This document shows, in pieces, positions 29,501 to 44,500 of a DNA stretch of 64,000 bases (position 1 is the stretch's first letter; each line of letters begins with the position of its first letter). The DNA is taken from assembly GCA_937928765.1 (NCBI GenBank), contig CALFVX010000001.1, positions 86,744 through 150,743 of the forward strand. Reading direction: 5' to 3'. This DNA is from an uncultured Endomicrobiia bacterium (GTDB lineage: Bacteria; Elusimicrobiota; Endomicrobiia; DTEH01). The notes beneath the pieces are model-generated. The model ran no database searches. It was not told the origin of the DNA and saw only the letters and a list, made by a program, of their open reading frames with translations. Both the position numbers and the translations under genes were made by a program.

Positions 29501-32500
29501 GCTACAACTGATGGTTGGCGGATAACAGTCAGCGCTTCTGGTCTTATAGAATATGTATCACCTAAGATTGTAGTCAATCCTGGCCCACCAGTGAAACTTT
29601 TAGCATTAGTACCGAACGAGACTCATAACCCAGGTTCGTCAACAGGTAAGTCAGGAAGTGTTGTTTCACAACAAGCCGGTGTAGCGTTCACAGTTACAGT
29701 TTTGATCACAGACAGTAGATGGAACTTAGTAAGTTCAACTTCTGCATTACTCAGTGTTACAACTGAAGATCCATATGATGTCCATCCTGCAACAAAATCT
29801 ACTACGAACGGTGTGGCTACGTTTGATATAGAATTTCGTCGTGGAGTAGGCGAAGCTTACAGAATAACAGTTGCAACTGCTGCAGGGAACGAACTACAAC
29901 CGTATATCACACCAGCAATACAGTCAAACTATGGTAGTGCAACTAAATTACAGATACTTGTCCCGGGTGAAACTGCAGTACCTGGAAGATGGTATACAAA
30001 CGGTAAAGATGGTACACCTACAGCTTGGTATTCTGGCGATTTGTATCCCGTAGTAGTAAATGTAGTAGACAAATATTGGAACCCAGTACCTACGGTGAAC
30101 ACTACAGTCCGACTTTCTGCTACAGACCCGTATTACCAACCGCCACAGGATGCGCCAACTAATATGGGTACTGTGACAATTTATACAAGTTTAGTTACAG
30201 CAACTACTACAGGCTGGCGGATAACAGCTTCTACAGCGCCAGGTGCTGCAAACACCTATTTACAGTCAGATACTTCGCCTAATGTTAAAGTTTTACCTGG
30301 AAGACCAGTTAAACTTTTAGTTTTAGCCCCGGGTGAACAACCACTACCAGGTTCTTCTTCAGGTAAACAAGGTACAGCACAAACACAAGTTGCAGGTTCG
30401 TCGTTTACAATAACAGTTCATGCTACTGACGCTAACTGGAACATAGCAGAATCTTCACATGTTGTAAAAATCACAACTGATGATTTATACGATACAGAAC
30501 CCTCAACGAAAACTTTAATTAAAACACAAGAATATTTAAGTATTGCTACATTTACTTTAGTACTTATTACAGCAAACCAAGGTTCGCTTAACCCTGCCAA
30601 CAGAAATACTGTTGTTACAGCAGAAGATGTAACTTTAGATATTCCACCAAACGAAAAACTTGCCAATGGTCAAACTACAGTGCCTGTAACACCACAAACT
30701 GCACAGTATTTAATGTTATTAGTTCCTGGTGAGACACATGTTCCTGGTAAACCTCCGTATTATCCACAGGTTGGTGGTAAAACAGGTTCTCCACAAACAC
30801 TTACCGCGGGTGTTACATACTGGGTTACAGTAGCAGCATGCGATCTTTACTGGAATATAAATCCTAACCACAACCCTGTGGTAAAAGTTTGGACTTCAGA
30901 CCCGTACGATACTGATCCTACGCCGTTAGGTCTTGAAAACGGTATGAAATCTTTCCCGATAAACTTAAGACGAGCAACATTGTACCAAGGAATACAAGAA
31001 TCGCTTACTGTATACGCACAACACAATGCTGACCCGCAACAGTACACAGCAGCGTTTGTTGGTGGGATAACTGTTTCACCCGAACCTAATGCTATACAGT
31101 TGTTAATTTTGGTTCCTAACGAACAACATGTACCTGGTTCGCCTTCAGGAAAAGAAGGTACTGTTGCGCAACAAACTGCAGGGTTATGGTTTAATGTTAC
31201 AGTACATTGTGTTGACAGGTTTAACAACATAGTACCTACAGCACAGCCTGGTGTTACACTTACTTCTTCAGACCAGAATGATGCTGTTGATGCAGAGACA
31301 GGTATAGGTTGGGATCCTGCATACCAGCCGCTAATCAACGGAACTACGGTTTATAGAATCGCACTTGTTACAGCATCAACTTGGCATTATTTAACTGCAG
31401 AAGATACTGATGGTAACCCACCGTATTATGGTAGACGAGATTCTTCTTTAATCTGGGTAAACCCAGGTCCACCAGTAAAGTTACAATGTTTGCTTCCAGG
31501 TGAGATACCACGACCTAACACTACTAAAGGTAAAGAAGGAATGCCAGATACACAGGTTGCAGGACAAGTGTTTAATGTAAATGTTAAAATTACGGACATT
31601 TTATGGAACTTGGTTCCTACTGCAGGCGCTAATGTAAAACTTATCACTCCGTACGACGAATATGATACTGAACCTTTACAGTCAACAGTAAATGGCGAAG
31701 TTGTAATAGAAAAAACTATTTACACTGCCTCACAGGAACGAACTGATACTAACCCGCCATACTGGGAACCGTTTAAATATCATATAATAATTGCTTCTGA
31801 CACTGGCGGGTTGTATTTGTCAAATGTATCTTCAACTTTTACAGTAACTTCTTCTTCGTTTACAAGGTTGCATATAATACTTCCTGGCGAAAGTTATATC
31901 CCTGGCAAACCGCCATACGACGGTACAGGCGGCAAAGAAGGTACACCTATAATACAAACCGCAGGTATACCTATTTCCGGCGGTACAATAATTAAAATTG
32001 GAACCACAATATACTTCAATGTTGCAGTGTTTGCAGTAGACAATTATTACAACCTTGTATATTCAGGCCAACTTGTGACACTTACTACACAAGATCCATA
32101 TGATACACATCCTTCACCACAAGCGTTGAACCAAGGATATATAAACTTTACAAATGTAGCAATGGTTACTTCCTCTACCTGGACTATTACAGCACAAGCC
32201 TCGGGTGTCAATCCTGGCGTGTCATCTCCTGTATACATCAAACCAAACGTTCCTACACGGTTAGCAATTTATGCTCCTGGTGAAATACCTACACCAGGTT
32301 ATACTGCAGGACGGGGTAGGACAGGAATACCGCAAGTACAAACAGCAGGATTAAGTTTTGGCCTTACTGTATACGCTTGCGATGCTTACTATAACCAAAC
32401 CGTTGCATCACCTACGGTAACAGTTTTAATTGACGACTGGGATATAGATTACGAAGTCTACCGTATATCACGAACTAAAGAACTTATAAATGGTACGACT

Positions 32501-35500
32501 ATTTTCTTTGTACGATTTGCAGCAGCGAAAGTGTCTGTAGCATCTGCTACTGCCGCAGGGTATATTTCTGACTACACTGGCGGTATTTCTGTAAATCCTT
32601 CTACACCATATCGGCTTTTAATTTTACCTCCAGGTGTTGCTTCAGTACCTGGTAAACCACCGTATGTAAGTTCAGAAACTGTTACTACTGGTGGTATAAC
32701 AGGCACTCCAGCAGAACAAACAGCAGGTGTATCGTTCAATATTACAGTTCGTGCAGTAGATCAGTGGTGGAACAAAACTTCTGTTCAACCTATAGTGACA
32801 TTAGAATCTAACGACCCGTGGGATTATCCTGACCAAAAACAAGTTCAACTTTCAAACGGTGAATATACACTTTCTTGGACACTGGTTACACGGAATAATA
32901 CAGGATGGTATATTAGAACAGCAAACTCTGTTTCACCTACGCTTGTAAACTATAGAACTGCAAATATACCTGTTAATTCTAACATTGCAACTTCGCTTAA
33001 GATTTATCTTCTCGGAGAGACACCGGAATGGGGTGAAACTTCTCAACATCCAAACGCTACAGTTCCTTACGGTATAAATGGTAGTCCAACAAACTGGACT
33101 GCAGGTATACCTAACAGTATCATAGTTAACGCTGTGGATAATTACAACAACAGGCAGGATTCGGATGTTTCCCCAGTAAAAGTTACACCTACAGACATCT
33201 TTGTCTCAGCACAAACTTATGGGTTAGAAAACGGGTCTAAAACTTACACATTTACCTTAGTTACTGCAGGCACACATACTTTCTTAGCTGAAGACCAAGA
33301 AGCTCCGCTTTTAAGTTCTTACCGTTCTTCAGTGTTCACTGTAAATGTTTCCACCTGGGGAAAACAACTGCATATTACACTTCCTGGTGAAACTTATTTT
33401 CCTGGTCAACCACCGTACGATGTTGATGAAACAAGTGGTATAGGTGGTAGTGGTGGTAAAACAGGTGCACCTATAGTTCAAACCGCAGGTGTACCGTTTG
33501 TAATAACAGTACGTGCAGTAGATTCGTTCTACAACCTGTTGAATGACGAAGTTTCGTTGGTAAGAATTACACCGTCTATCACTGCATACAGTCCTGATAT
33601 AGGCCAACCGTATGAAGGATGGTTAGTAGAACCTTCTGAAGCATCGCTTGTAGGTGGTGTATCAACTTTCACAGTAACACTTTTAACTGCACATTCTACT
33701 TGGACACTTACTGCTGAAGATGTAGATGCTACACCTACGCTTATAAAAGGTAAAACAAAAGTTTATGTAAAACCTAACAATCCAACAAAACTTCAAGTTA
33801 TTGTACCAGACGAAGTTGAACACCCGGGTTCATCTTTCGGAAGGATAGGAAATGTTAAAACACAGACTGCAGGTGTAGGGTTTACAATAAAAGTTAATTT
33901 ATGTGACAACTATTGGAACCGAGTTAAAGAAGGTTCTATGCCGCTTGTTTCTGTTTGGACTTCGGATACCTACGATACCCATCCTACAGCGTTAACTTTG
34001 GTTAACGGACAAAGATTATTTAACTTAACTTTAGTGACAGCTTCGTCAGTAACAGTTACAGCATCAGGTGGTGGCTATAGTATAGGTGTATCTTCTGCAA
34101 TACCTGTTATACCGAATGTACCTACAAAACTTCTTGTAGTTGTCCCACCTCAACAACAAGTTAACGGTAAATGGAACATAGAACCTGTTGGTAGGACAAA
34201 TGTTGCTGTTACTACACAAACTGCTGGTGTGCCGTTGCAGGTTACGGTATACGCTGTAGACAACTGGTACAATTTTGTCTCAACTGTTACACAAACTATA
34301 ACTGTTACAACTTCTGACGATTACGATACAGACCCTGGTAATATTACAATGGTAGGCGGTGTTGCAAGTTGTAGCGTAGATTTCAGGACTGCAAAATTGC
34401 AAACAGTTACTGCGTTAGACAACGATCCTAACAGTCCAAGTTTGCAATCACATACTTCTTCGTTGATACCAGTACAAGCAAACGTTCCTAAGAAACTTCA
34501 CATTTGTGCTCCGGGCGAAATTTACGACCCTGGCAGACCACCGTATGTACCAGCATCGCCTATAGGTGGTAAACAGGGAACACCTGCTAACCAAACTGCA
34601 GGGACAAGTTTTAATGTTGTATTAAGGATTACTGACGATTATTGGAACTTAACTTCAATCTTACCTTATGGCGCTACTGTACAGGTTAACACAAATGATC
34701 CATATAGTCCATCAAATAACACACAACTTGTTGTTTATTCTTCAGCTGTAGTAAGTATAACTTTAGTTTCAGCATCTTCTGCTACTGCAGACAAAGTTGT
34801 TTATTTTGAAGACATAGACGCTGTAGAGCCAACCTTGTCTTTAGGTAGGACACAGAACATTTTCGTAGCTCCGGGGACACCTACTAAACTTTTACTTGTC
34901 TTACCTGGGCAGACGCTTGTAGGTGGACATCCACGAGGTAAAACTGGTATACCGAATGTAATGGTTGCAGGACAACAGTTTACAGTAACCTGTGCTATAA
35001 CTGACGCGTATTTCAACCCAACACCGAATGTTTCAGTAACATTGCAGGCAGATTCGCCATTGGATAGTTACGATACTGAACCTCAAGCAAGAGATGTAGA
35101 TTTACCTACAGGAAGACAATATTTTGATTTCACTTTGGTTACTGCAGCAACACATTATTTAAGAGTTCGTGATGTAGACGGTGTACCACCACTTTATCAA
35201 GAATATCCTGCAAATCCGCAAGACCTCGCTGTGACAACTTTCACAGTTACACATGCTAACCCAGTAAAGTTACAGTTGGTCCTTCCTGGTGAGACACCAG
35301 TTCCTGGGAAATACAATGTTTTACCTTATGGTAAAACAGGGTATCCTTTAAACCGTACAGCAGGCGAGTTGTGGTACGCTACAGTAAGGTTAGTAGACGC
35401 GTATTACAACCTTGTAGCTGATGTAAGTCCACAACCACAGGTTGCAATCTATACGGCTGACCCGTTTGATATTGAACCTTCAACAGAACCGTTAACTTAT

Positions 35501-38500
35501 GGTCAAGGTATATTCCCGATAGTTTTAAGGACAGCAGCTACCTGGCATTATCTTGTTGCTGAAGATGTGGATGGTATAGAGCCACAGTATAGTTCAGATA
35601 CTTCGCCAATGTTTACAGTTAATCCTTCCACACCTACAAGACTGCTTGTTGTAGTACCAAACGAAACTTTTGTCCAAGGTTCACCGTACGGTAAGACAGG
35701 GACAGTACAAGATTATATTGCAGGACAAAGTTTTGTTGCTTTAGTATATCTTGTAGATGATTACAACAACCGTGTAAGGTCAGGTTGGCCCATGCCAAAT
35801 GTAGCTGTTACAACTTGGGATCCGAAAGATTCAGAACCTGCAGCTAAAACTTTAATTGACGGAGCGAACAATTTTACTTTAGTACCGTTACATGCAACTT
35901 CTTCTTGGACATTGACTGCGATAGATGTTGACAGTGAATTGCCAGAATATTCTTCAGGAACATCTTCTTTAATTCGTATATGGCCGAATTTTGTACATCA
36001 TATGCATATTGTGGATTATCCTTCGCAAGTGGTTGCAGGGACAGGATTCTCATGTAAAGTACAACTTAGAGACCAGTATGACAATTTAGTTTCTACAGGG
36101 CCAAACTGGGATAATTATGCTAACGCTGGCTATAAAGTAAAATTTGAAGGTGAATACTTCCCGCCACCGCAAACGCCTGAATTACCTTCAGAATATGACT
36201 GGGTTATAACTGACTATGGTGAACGAGTGTTCACAGGTATTGTATTAAAGAAAGCAGGACAGAGATGGATCAAAGCTTATCAGACAAACCCTTTGAATAC
36301 AACTATTTCTTCTGAACGTTCTTGTGATCCTAATCCTAACTTGTCAGGTGAAGAAGGTGAACATGGGCCACTTTATACCTATATCAATGTTTTACCAGGC
36401 CCGCCTGCAAGTTTCTTTGTAGTAGAATCTACTGTTACTGCAGGAACTGAGTTTTATACATACGAAGTAAAAGTTCCCGCAGGAACACGATCTGACTGGG
36501 GGAAATTACAGGTAATTGCTTATCTATCAGACGCGTATGCGAACATTGTTCCGTCAAGCGGTGTTCCTGCAAGTATTGAAGTTGTAGAAGTTGTAGGTTC
36601 TACAGGTGTTGTATCTTACACATCACAAGCGTCAGATTCTACACCGCCAGAACCTGTATATTACGCAGTGACAGATTCTTCAGGTGCGATAGGGTTAACT
36701 TCGCCACTTTATTATTATGGTTCACGCACACTTGACGATTCTGCTAAGGTTAAATTTTCTACTGGAAGTATCGTAGGTGTGACAAGGAAAATTTCTACTA
36801 TAGGAGGTACACCTTACAGGTTAGTAGCACTTAACCCGCCTAACGAACTTGTTGCAGGTAATGAAACACCGTATATTGTTATCCAACGTAGGGACGAGTT
36901 TGACAATCCTACATACCAAGGTGATACTTGGGCACAACTTGTTAGCAACTCGCTTGCTAAAAATCAACAACCACAACGTCAATGGGATTTCAGGTCAGCA
37001 CCTGGTGCTGATAATACTTTAGGGCCTGACTATGTTATATGGTTTTACAACTCTATCAAATCAACTTCTGTTGCTATAATCTATTATGATGAAATGTCTT
37101 CTACACCAGAAGGTGAAGATGGCAGAACCTCTTCAGGGAAATGGATGATACAAGCACAAGCGTTTGGTAATGAACCTTCACGATGGGCACAGTTTGAGTT
37201 GTTGGTGAACCCTGACGAAATAACTAAAGCTGCGTTTGACAATCCACAACGACGTCTTACTGCAGGTTTGCCTAAGGAATATACATCTATTGGTCCCGGA
37301 CCGAACAGTTTAGAGTTTGAAGTTGAACTACAGGATAGATGGGACAATCCTGTAAGAACAACCTATCCTGTAGTAGTTTTACTTTCTGCTACTCGTCAAC
37401 CTTCAAGATATAACGATTCGTATTCGTTCTCGTTATCAAGCCGTGTTGTAGGCGGTCCTGCTTATGGTACACCACCTGTGTTTGAAACACCTATAACTTC
37501 TTTCACTATAGAAGCAAATGAGTATTATAAACAATTCTATTATCTTGATACAAACGCGTCTGAAAACTATGCTGTTCAACAGACAACTTATCCGATAATC
37601 ACTGCTACACCTTTAGGACAGAAAGGTGATGGTACACCATGGGCTGCTGCACAACAGTCGGTAATAATTATGCCAGACAGAATAAGAAGGTTAGGAGTTT
37701 ATGCTACATACTCAATCCCGCCACAACCTGAGTATTTGCAGACACTTACTGCAGGGGTAACATCACAAATATTTATGCTTACTACTGAAGATTTTTATGG
37801 CAACATTGCGCCTATACTTGAAGCAGACCTTTCAGGAGATAATCCAAGACGGATAAGGATTGTTTCCACATCCACTGGTAATGTAAAGTTTGCAATAGGT
37901 TCTACTACTACCTGGGCACAGAACGAAGGTATAGCATACTTTAGGTTAGGTGATAGAACTACTACATTTTATCTTATTGACACACTTGCTTCTGTAAGAT
38001 ACGGTGTGTACGATACTACACATACTTTGTATGCGAATACTATTGTAAACCCTGGCATGTGGACTGTAGGTGTCCGACCTTACAAGGTCTTGCCTAACAT
38101 ACCACACCATTTTGTTATAACCACACCGTCACGACGACTTATTGCAGGAACTACTATACAGTTTGACGGTTCAGGTAGTGATACTTCTACAACTACAGTT
38201 TCTGCCAAAGGTGGTCCTATGGTGATAACAAAAAATGGTGAACCTGTTTTTGCCGGTATAACCGTACAAATAAAAGACGAGTTTGAAAATGTAACAATTT
38301 CTACTGAAAATGTTATACTTTCTGTAGAAGTTATAGATTCACCACAGGCTTATGGGTCTATAGATCCATCAAAAGATCTTGACGGTGCCGGTTGGACACT
38401 TATGACTGGCGGTGGTAATATTTTAAGTGTGCTTATTCCTGCAAACAACGATTCAGGGACTTTCTATTATTTTGATACAATTACAGGGTCACATACGATG

Positions 38501-41500
38501 AAAGTTTCTGGTAGAACAGCTTCGGGTCAAGAAATACTTCCTATGTATCAACAACATTATATTACCCCAGCGCCTATACGATATTTCACAATACATCATC
38601 CGTTTAATATTTCTTCACCGTTGAGAGTACACGAACCTGGTCTTTTAGCCGTTAAAGCAAGAGATAGGTACGGAAATATTACTTCTGGTGATAGTGTTAA
38701 CGGCCAGTGGTATGAAGGAACAATCGTATTTTCACATTCTGGCACGCCGGATAAAGTGTCTCTAAAAGATGCAGTTGGTCTTACAACTTACTACACTTTT
38801 GTAAAACAAGATGCTGGTGTGTATAACAGGTTACAAATAATTGATCAAATACAGGAAACACTTAAAGTTTTTGTTACTGACTATGCAACAATAGAGTTGC
38901 CTGAGGAAGATCCGAACAAGATTTATGGTTACACTGGAGATACTTTTAGAGAAGTGCCGGTACATTCCGATGGTGATGTAGTCACCTGTGGTATAGTGGT
39001 AGAACCTGCAGATTTAGCGCCGGTGCCTTATGGTGATCCTGATAACCCAGAATCTACCTGTGACGATAGTTATACTAAAAAACAAGAGTTGCTTGAAGGA
39101 ACTATATACCAAGGTAAAACAGCACTTTTCCAAGGCGATGGTAACACTGTAGAAAAACCTGCCCCTGTTCCTATGTTGAGGTTAAACTTAAGAGTTCTGC
39201 CACAACAAGTTGCAGAAGCTGCTACTTGGACACAACTTAGAGTGGATAAAAAAGGCACTGCATTACCACAAGATGTATGGATTGGTCTTTATTATGATGC
39301 AAACGGTGATGGTAAATTCCAAGGTGAGACAGTTTTTGGTGGTAGTTCTCCTGACCCGTTAGTAAAAGTTGGCGAGTTTGATCCTATTTCAGGTGCGTGG
39401 AATTTTACTGGAATGAACGAGTATATATCCAATGTTTCTAAAAACTATTTCTTATGTGTCCGTATATCTACAGTAGCACAACACGGAACTTACTTAGGTT
39501 TAGAAATAAACAACCACAACTATTTTACAATGATAGGAGTAGCACGTGTTGCTGCAAACAATTTCAGAATCTTTACTGATACATCGGCTATCAAAAGAGA
39601 AGAAGCAAAAGTTTACTGTGTAGCAGAAGATATTGCATCGTCAGTAGAAACTACACGTTCTACCACGGTATACCAAGGCCAGCCTAATGCTGGAATGTTA
39701 AGAATTAAAATATGGACAAAAGAATACATTGCTTACCTTAACGGGTTCAAGATTACTCGTACAGGGACAGGGAATGATACTGATGTTCGTGGTGTAGCAT
39801 TGTTCTTAGATGACAACGGTACTGGTGATCCTAGACAAGGAGATGGTCTGTTCCAGCCAGCGTTGGATACAAGAGTTTCTGGCTGGGTTGTATTTTCCAC
39901 CCGTGCTGCAGTGGTGTATTTAAACTCGCCTGCGGAAATTTCTCCATCTACAAAGACATATTTTGTTTCTTACAAAATTGAAGATTCTGCGTATGTTGGT
40001 AAGACACACGGTGCTGCTATAATGGACGCTTCAGATATTCGTTTAGGTGAAGGTGTAGTTTTACCTATCCCTGGATATTACTCTACATTGGTAACAGTTA
40101 TACCTACTTCAGACGAAATGACACTTGTGGATTATAACAAAACACAACCTAATAACTTCTCAGTACCTAGTGCTGCAACACAAGGTGATAAAGATGTGGT
40201 TGTTGCAAGATTGACATTACAAACAATGCAACGTACTGCTATATGGACAGGACTTAAACTTGACCGTTACAATCCTAACAAAGTTAACCAACCTGAAGAT
40301 ATAGAAAACATAAAAGTATGGTATGATGCTAACAATAACGGGTTGTTTGACAAATCTTCAGATACACTTGTTTCACCTACAGATAAAAAATTTACCTTTC
40401 CTGTGACAACACTTCGAGTAGATGTTTCAACTACATCAGATGTTATATATGTTGAGGATGTATCTAAACTTGTTTTATCTCCACAGACAGATTTCTCGCC
40501 GTTTTCTGAAACACCAGGAAGAGTTGTGCTTTCTGACGGTTCTGAAAACCTTGAAGTTGTATATTTCACAGGTGTAGATAGACAACACAACGCGTTAACA
40601 GGATGTCTACGTGGTCAGGAAGGAACAACTGCAAGGTTCCATCCACAAGGTGCTAAAGTTTCAGGTCAAGCGATAATATGGATACTTGGAAACTATTACG
40701 ATTTAGGTCCGTACCGTGTAGGACAAGAAATTGTCTCTGAATATCCTAAAGATTATTTTGTTACTGTAGATTTAAACTATCTTGCAAAAGTTCATGAAGC
40801 GTCACAACTTGGGATTTCTATAAGAACTACTGATTATTTCAAAGTTGTAGAACCAGATTTTGTTTCAAACAGGTTCGGTATAATAGGACCAAAACCTCAA
40901 GGTAAGTCAGAGTCAGGTATTCCTACAATTATAGAATATCCAGATAAGGTGACATTTAGGTTTATTGATATTTCTACCGAAGTTGTTTCATATTTACAAC
41001 AAGGTAAAGAAAATCTGCCTGTTGCTTCATTGATAGTTTATACAGATCAGGCAGAAGCCTGGTGGCAACAGATAAATGTTTATGGCATAGGAAGTGCTGC
41101 TGATAACAATTTACTTTATGACGATATAAAATATGTTAAAATTTGGTATGATGTAAACAATAATGGTGCACTTAATGCTGATGTAGATATCTGTATTGCA
41201 ACAGTAACATTTGGAAATGTAGGTAGGCCTTTGATGGCACAAGTTGTACTACCTTCGCAACCAAAAATTATAACCCAATCTATGGCACAAACAGAAAAAG
41301 TTTCTCAAAGATATTTCATATCAGTAGATATACAAGAAGATGCATTTCCTGAACAAACATTTGGTGTTTCTATAAAATTGCCTACAGATTTGGTAGTTTC
41401 AGCGCCAAATACTGTGGACATTTCTTCTTCTACAATACCTTTTGATAGTGTATTAAGAACAATTATACCATCTCCGAGAAAAGTTACAGTAGATACTGAA

Positions 41501-44500
41501 ACTATGTTTTTAAATAACAATGGCGAGGTTGTTGTAGGAACTATAAAACTTGCAGATGCCATATCTTCAACTGATATGTTTATACCACTTAATATTTCAC
41601 CTATTTTATATAAACTTCCTACTGAGGGCTATGCAATTATTAACAACGAGATAATAAAATACACAGCTTTAACAACAAACGGCCTTGTAGTAGAGCAACG
41701 AGGTGCAGTTGGTTCTTTTGCTAGCGCGCATTCTTCAGGAAGTTTTGTAGGTTTTACTGCAACACAAGGATTAAAAAATTTGCCATTGTTAAAATTATCT
41801 ATGTATTGTAGCGGATTCCAAGTACAACTACCATCTATAAAAGTAGCAAGAACACAACCTTCACCTCTAAACGGTGATGATTCAGATATTTCTTTAATTA
41901 AAGTTTGGAAAGATAATGGTGATGGTGTACTTAACCGCGATCCACAAACAGGATATATATCTTCAGATGTAGAAGTTTTATTAGGACAAGCACGATTTGG
42001 TAGCGGTTTTGATCCTGCAAGTATTGCGACAATATTGCTTAATGATCCTTATTACAACAAAGGATATGCTTTAATTACTACAACTCCAACAATATATTGG
42101 ATTACTGCAGATATATCACCATCAGCAAAGTTTACCCATCCACAGATAATTAATTTAAACGAAGTTTTTGGCATAAATATCTCATTACCTTTAAACTTTA
42201 ATTTAGCACCAAAAGAAGCAGGGCATTGGGTTTCTACTTCTACTACACAAGGAACTCCAGCATTTCCAATAAATTCTTTAGTTTCAGTTATAACTCCAAC
42301 CGTTGATACTTTAATTGTGGAAGGTGAAAGTATTCTGCCACCAGGAGTTTACCAGAATCAACAGAATGTTGGTGTTCTAAGGTTAAACTTAAGGACCAAC
42401 AAAAATACTGTTACTGTAAAAAAGATAAAAATAGATATGACTGGCACAGCAGTTGATGGTGATATTGCATTAGTAAAGATATGGAAAGATTTAAACAATA
42501 ACGGAATTTTTGATGTATCAGATACAACAAGAACTTCAACTGGTGAATATCCAGGGCTTATTTCTTTTGGTACTGAGAGATTTTCTGACAAAACTGTAGA
42601 GATTCAGCTTAAAGAACCGCAAGTTATAGATGATAGAATTGGCGGAGTTAACATCTTTGTTTCTTTTGATATTGCAGAGTTTGCACAATTGTTTAAAAAA
42701 TTTGCTGCAGAAATTGTAGACGAAAGTTATATCACAGTAGAAGTGCCTGATAATGTTAATTTTAGTATAAAACCGATACAAAGTGCAGAATCTACAATTT
42801 ATGAAGCAACTTCAAAAGTTATAGCTAAAGTATACGATTACGCAAAAGATATAGCATTAGTTGGCGGTACATATCAATCAGAGAAAAATGTTCCTATTTT
42901 GAGATTAAGGTTAAGAACAGATTTTTCTCAGGCTAAATGGACAAAAATAAGGTTAGAAAAAACCGGTGCTTCAACAGATCCGAGTTATCCTTATGGAAGA
43001 AATTTTGATGTAGGATATATAAAGATATATAAAGATGTGAATTTCAATAATCAACTAGATTCAGCAGATGTACTATTAAACGAGATAGAGACAGAGTTAA
43101 TTTCTGAAATACCTTCAAATATAGCTGCACCATTTATTATGGTTATCAACTCTACAGTTTCTTCAGTTGGATATTTTCCACAGAACCAGCCACAGTTATG
43201 GCTAAAAGTTAACAATGAAATTTTTGAATACACACATATAACAACTGCTACTGTTGATGGGAAAATTTATCCTGCGTTGTATATAACAAGACGTGCACAT
43301 ATAGGCACCCAGCCAGCACATCATCCTAAAGGAAGTAAAGTTAGAAAGTGTGATATGTTTTATTTAAACGATGATTTAAATAGACAAAAAGAAATTTCTT
43401 TGATACAACCACAGCTTATTTCTCCAACACAACAAACATATTTTATTGCATACGATATTAGTGAGAAAGCTATTGCTGGTAATGCTTTAGGTTGTAAACT
43501 TATAGGTAAAGAAGCAATAACTATTGAATATCCAAACGAAAATTCTCAAGAATTAGAGATAGAACAAGATTTTCAAGGTGCAAATATCACATTAAGTTTT
43601 TATCCATATGAGTCATCTTTAATAAAAATAAATCCAGTAATACTTACAATTACTGCGCAGTCTGTTTCACCAGTACAAGTTCCACAAAGAACTGTAAATG
43701 TGCCATTACTTATGGTTTCTATGAAGACAAATAGAAACTATATATATGTTAGAGAAATTTATATTAAACAAACAGGAACAGTACAAACGCATGGTGCAAT
43801 AGGAGGATATGGCCAAGGAGATTTATCTGCAATTTCTATATGGTTAGATAACGGAGATGGTTTCTTCTCATCAGCATTAGATACTTTTATAAGTTCTGTA
43901 ACTCATCCTACAGTAAAATTTTCTGCAGGAGCTGCAAGAATTGAATTGCCAGGTTATGGGCTTTTTGTTTCAACCTCAACAGTGAGGTTCTTTATATTAG
44001 GTGATATTGGCAAGACAGATCTTGCAGGAATTTCTACAAAAGATCATTATGTTGGTGTGGAAATAACAAACTACAAATCCTTTGGTTTAACACCACAAAC
44101 TGCAGAATCAGATCTTACAAACCAGTTCCCGTTAAGGTCCTCGCTTGTTTTAATATTAGACGAATATGCACCTACTGTTATGCCTAAATGGGTTGTATTA
44201 GCTGATCGTAAAATATGGGCAAATCCGTTTGGGGATGGATATCCTGCAGTAGATATAGATGGTGATGGTTTGCCTGATAGAGTTATACGCGATGGAGTTG
44301 TTTTCGTAGATGTGGACAACGATGGTGAAAATGATTTAGAAGATTTAAATGGTGATGGTATAGCAAACGAGATAGATTTAGTAGGCGATGGCAAACCTGC
44401 TATAGATATTACTGCTGACGGATTTTTAGATGTAGACTTTAACTGTGACGGAAAACCTGACAGCGTTATACCTGATATCAATGGTGATGGTATACCAGAG

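Noticed and set aside
23960-35980. GKTG/GK motifs in block B as P-loop Walker A sites
   Set aside because: They are repeated 32 times in a beta-rich extracellular context with no Walker B or alpha/beta NTPase pattern.
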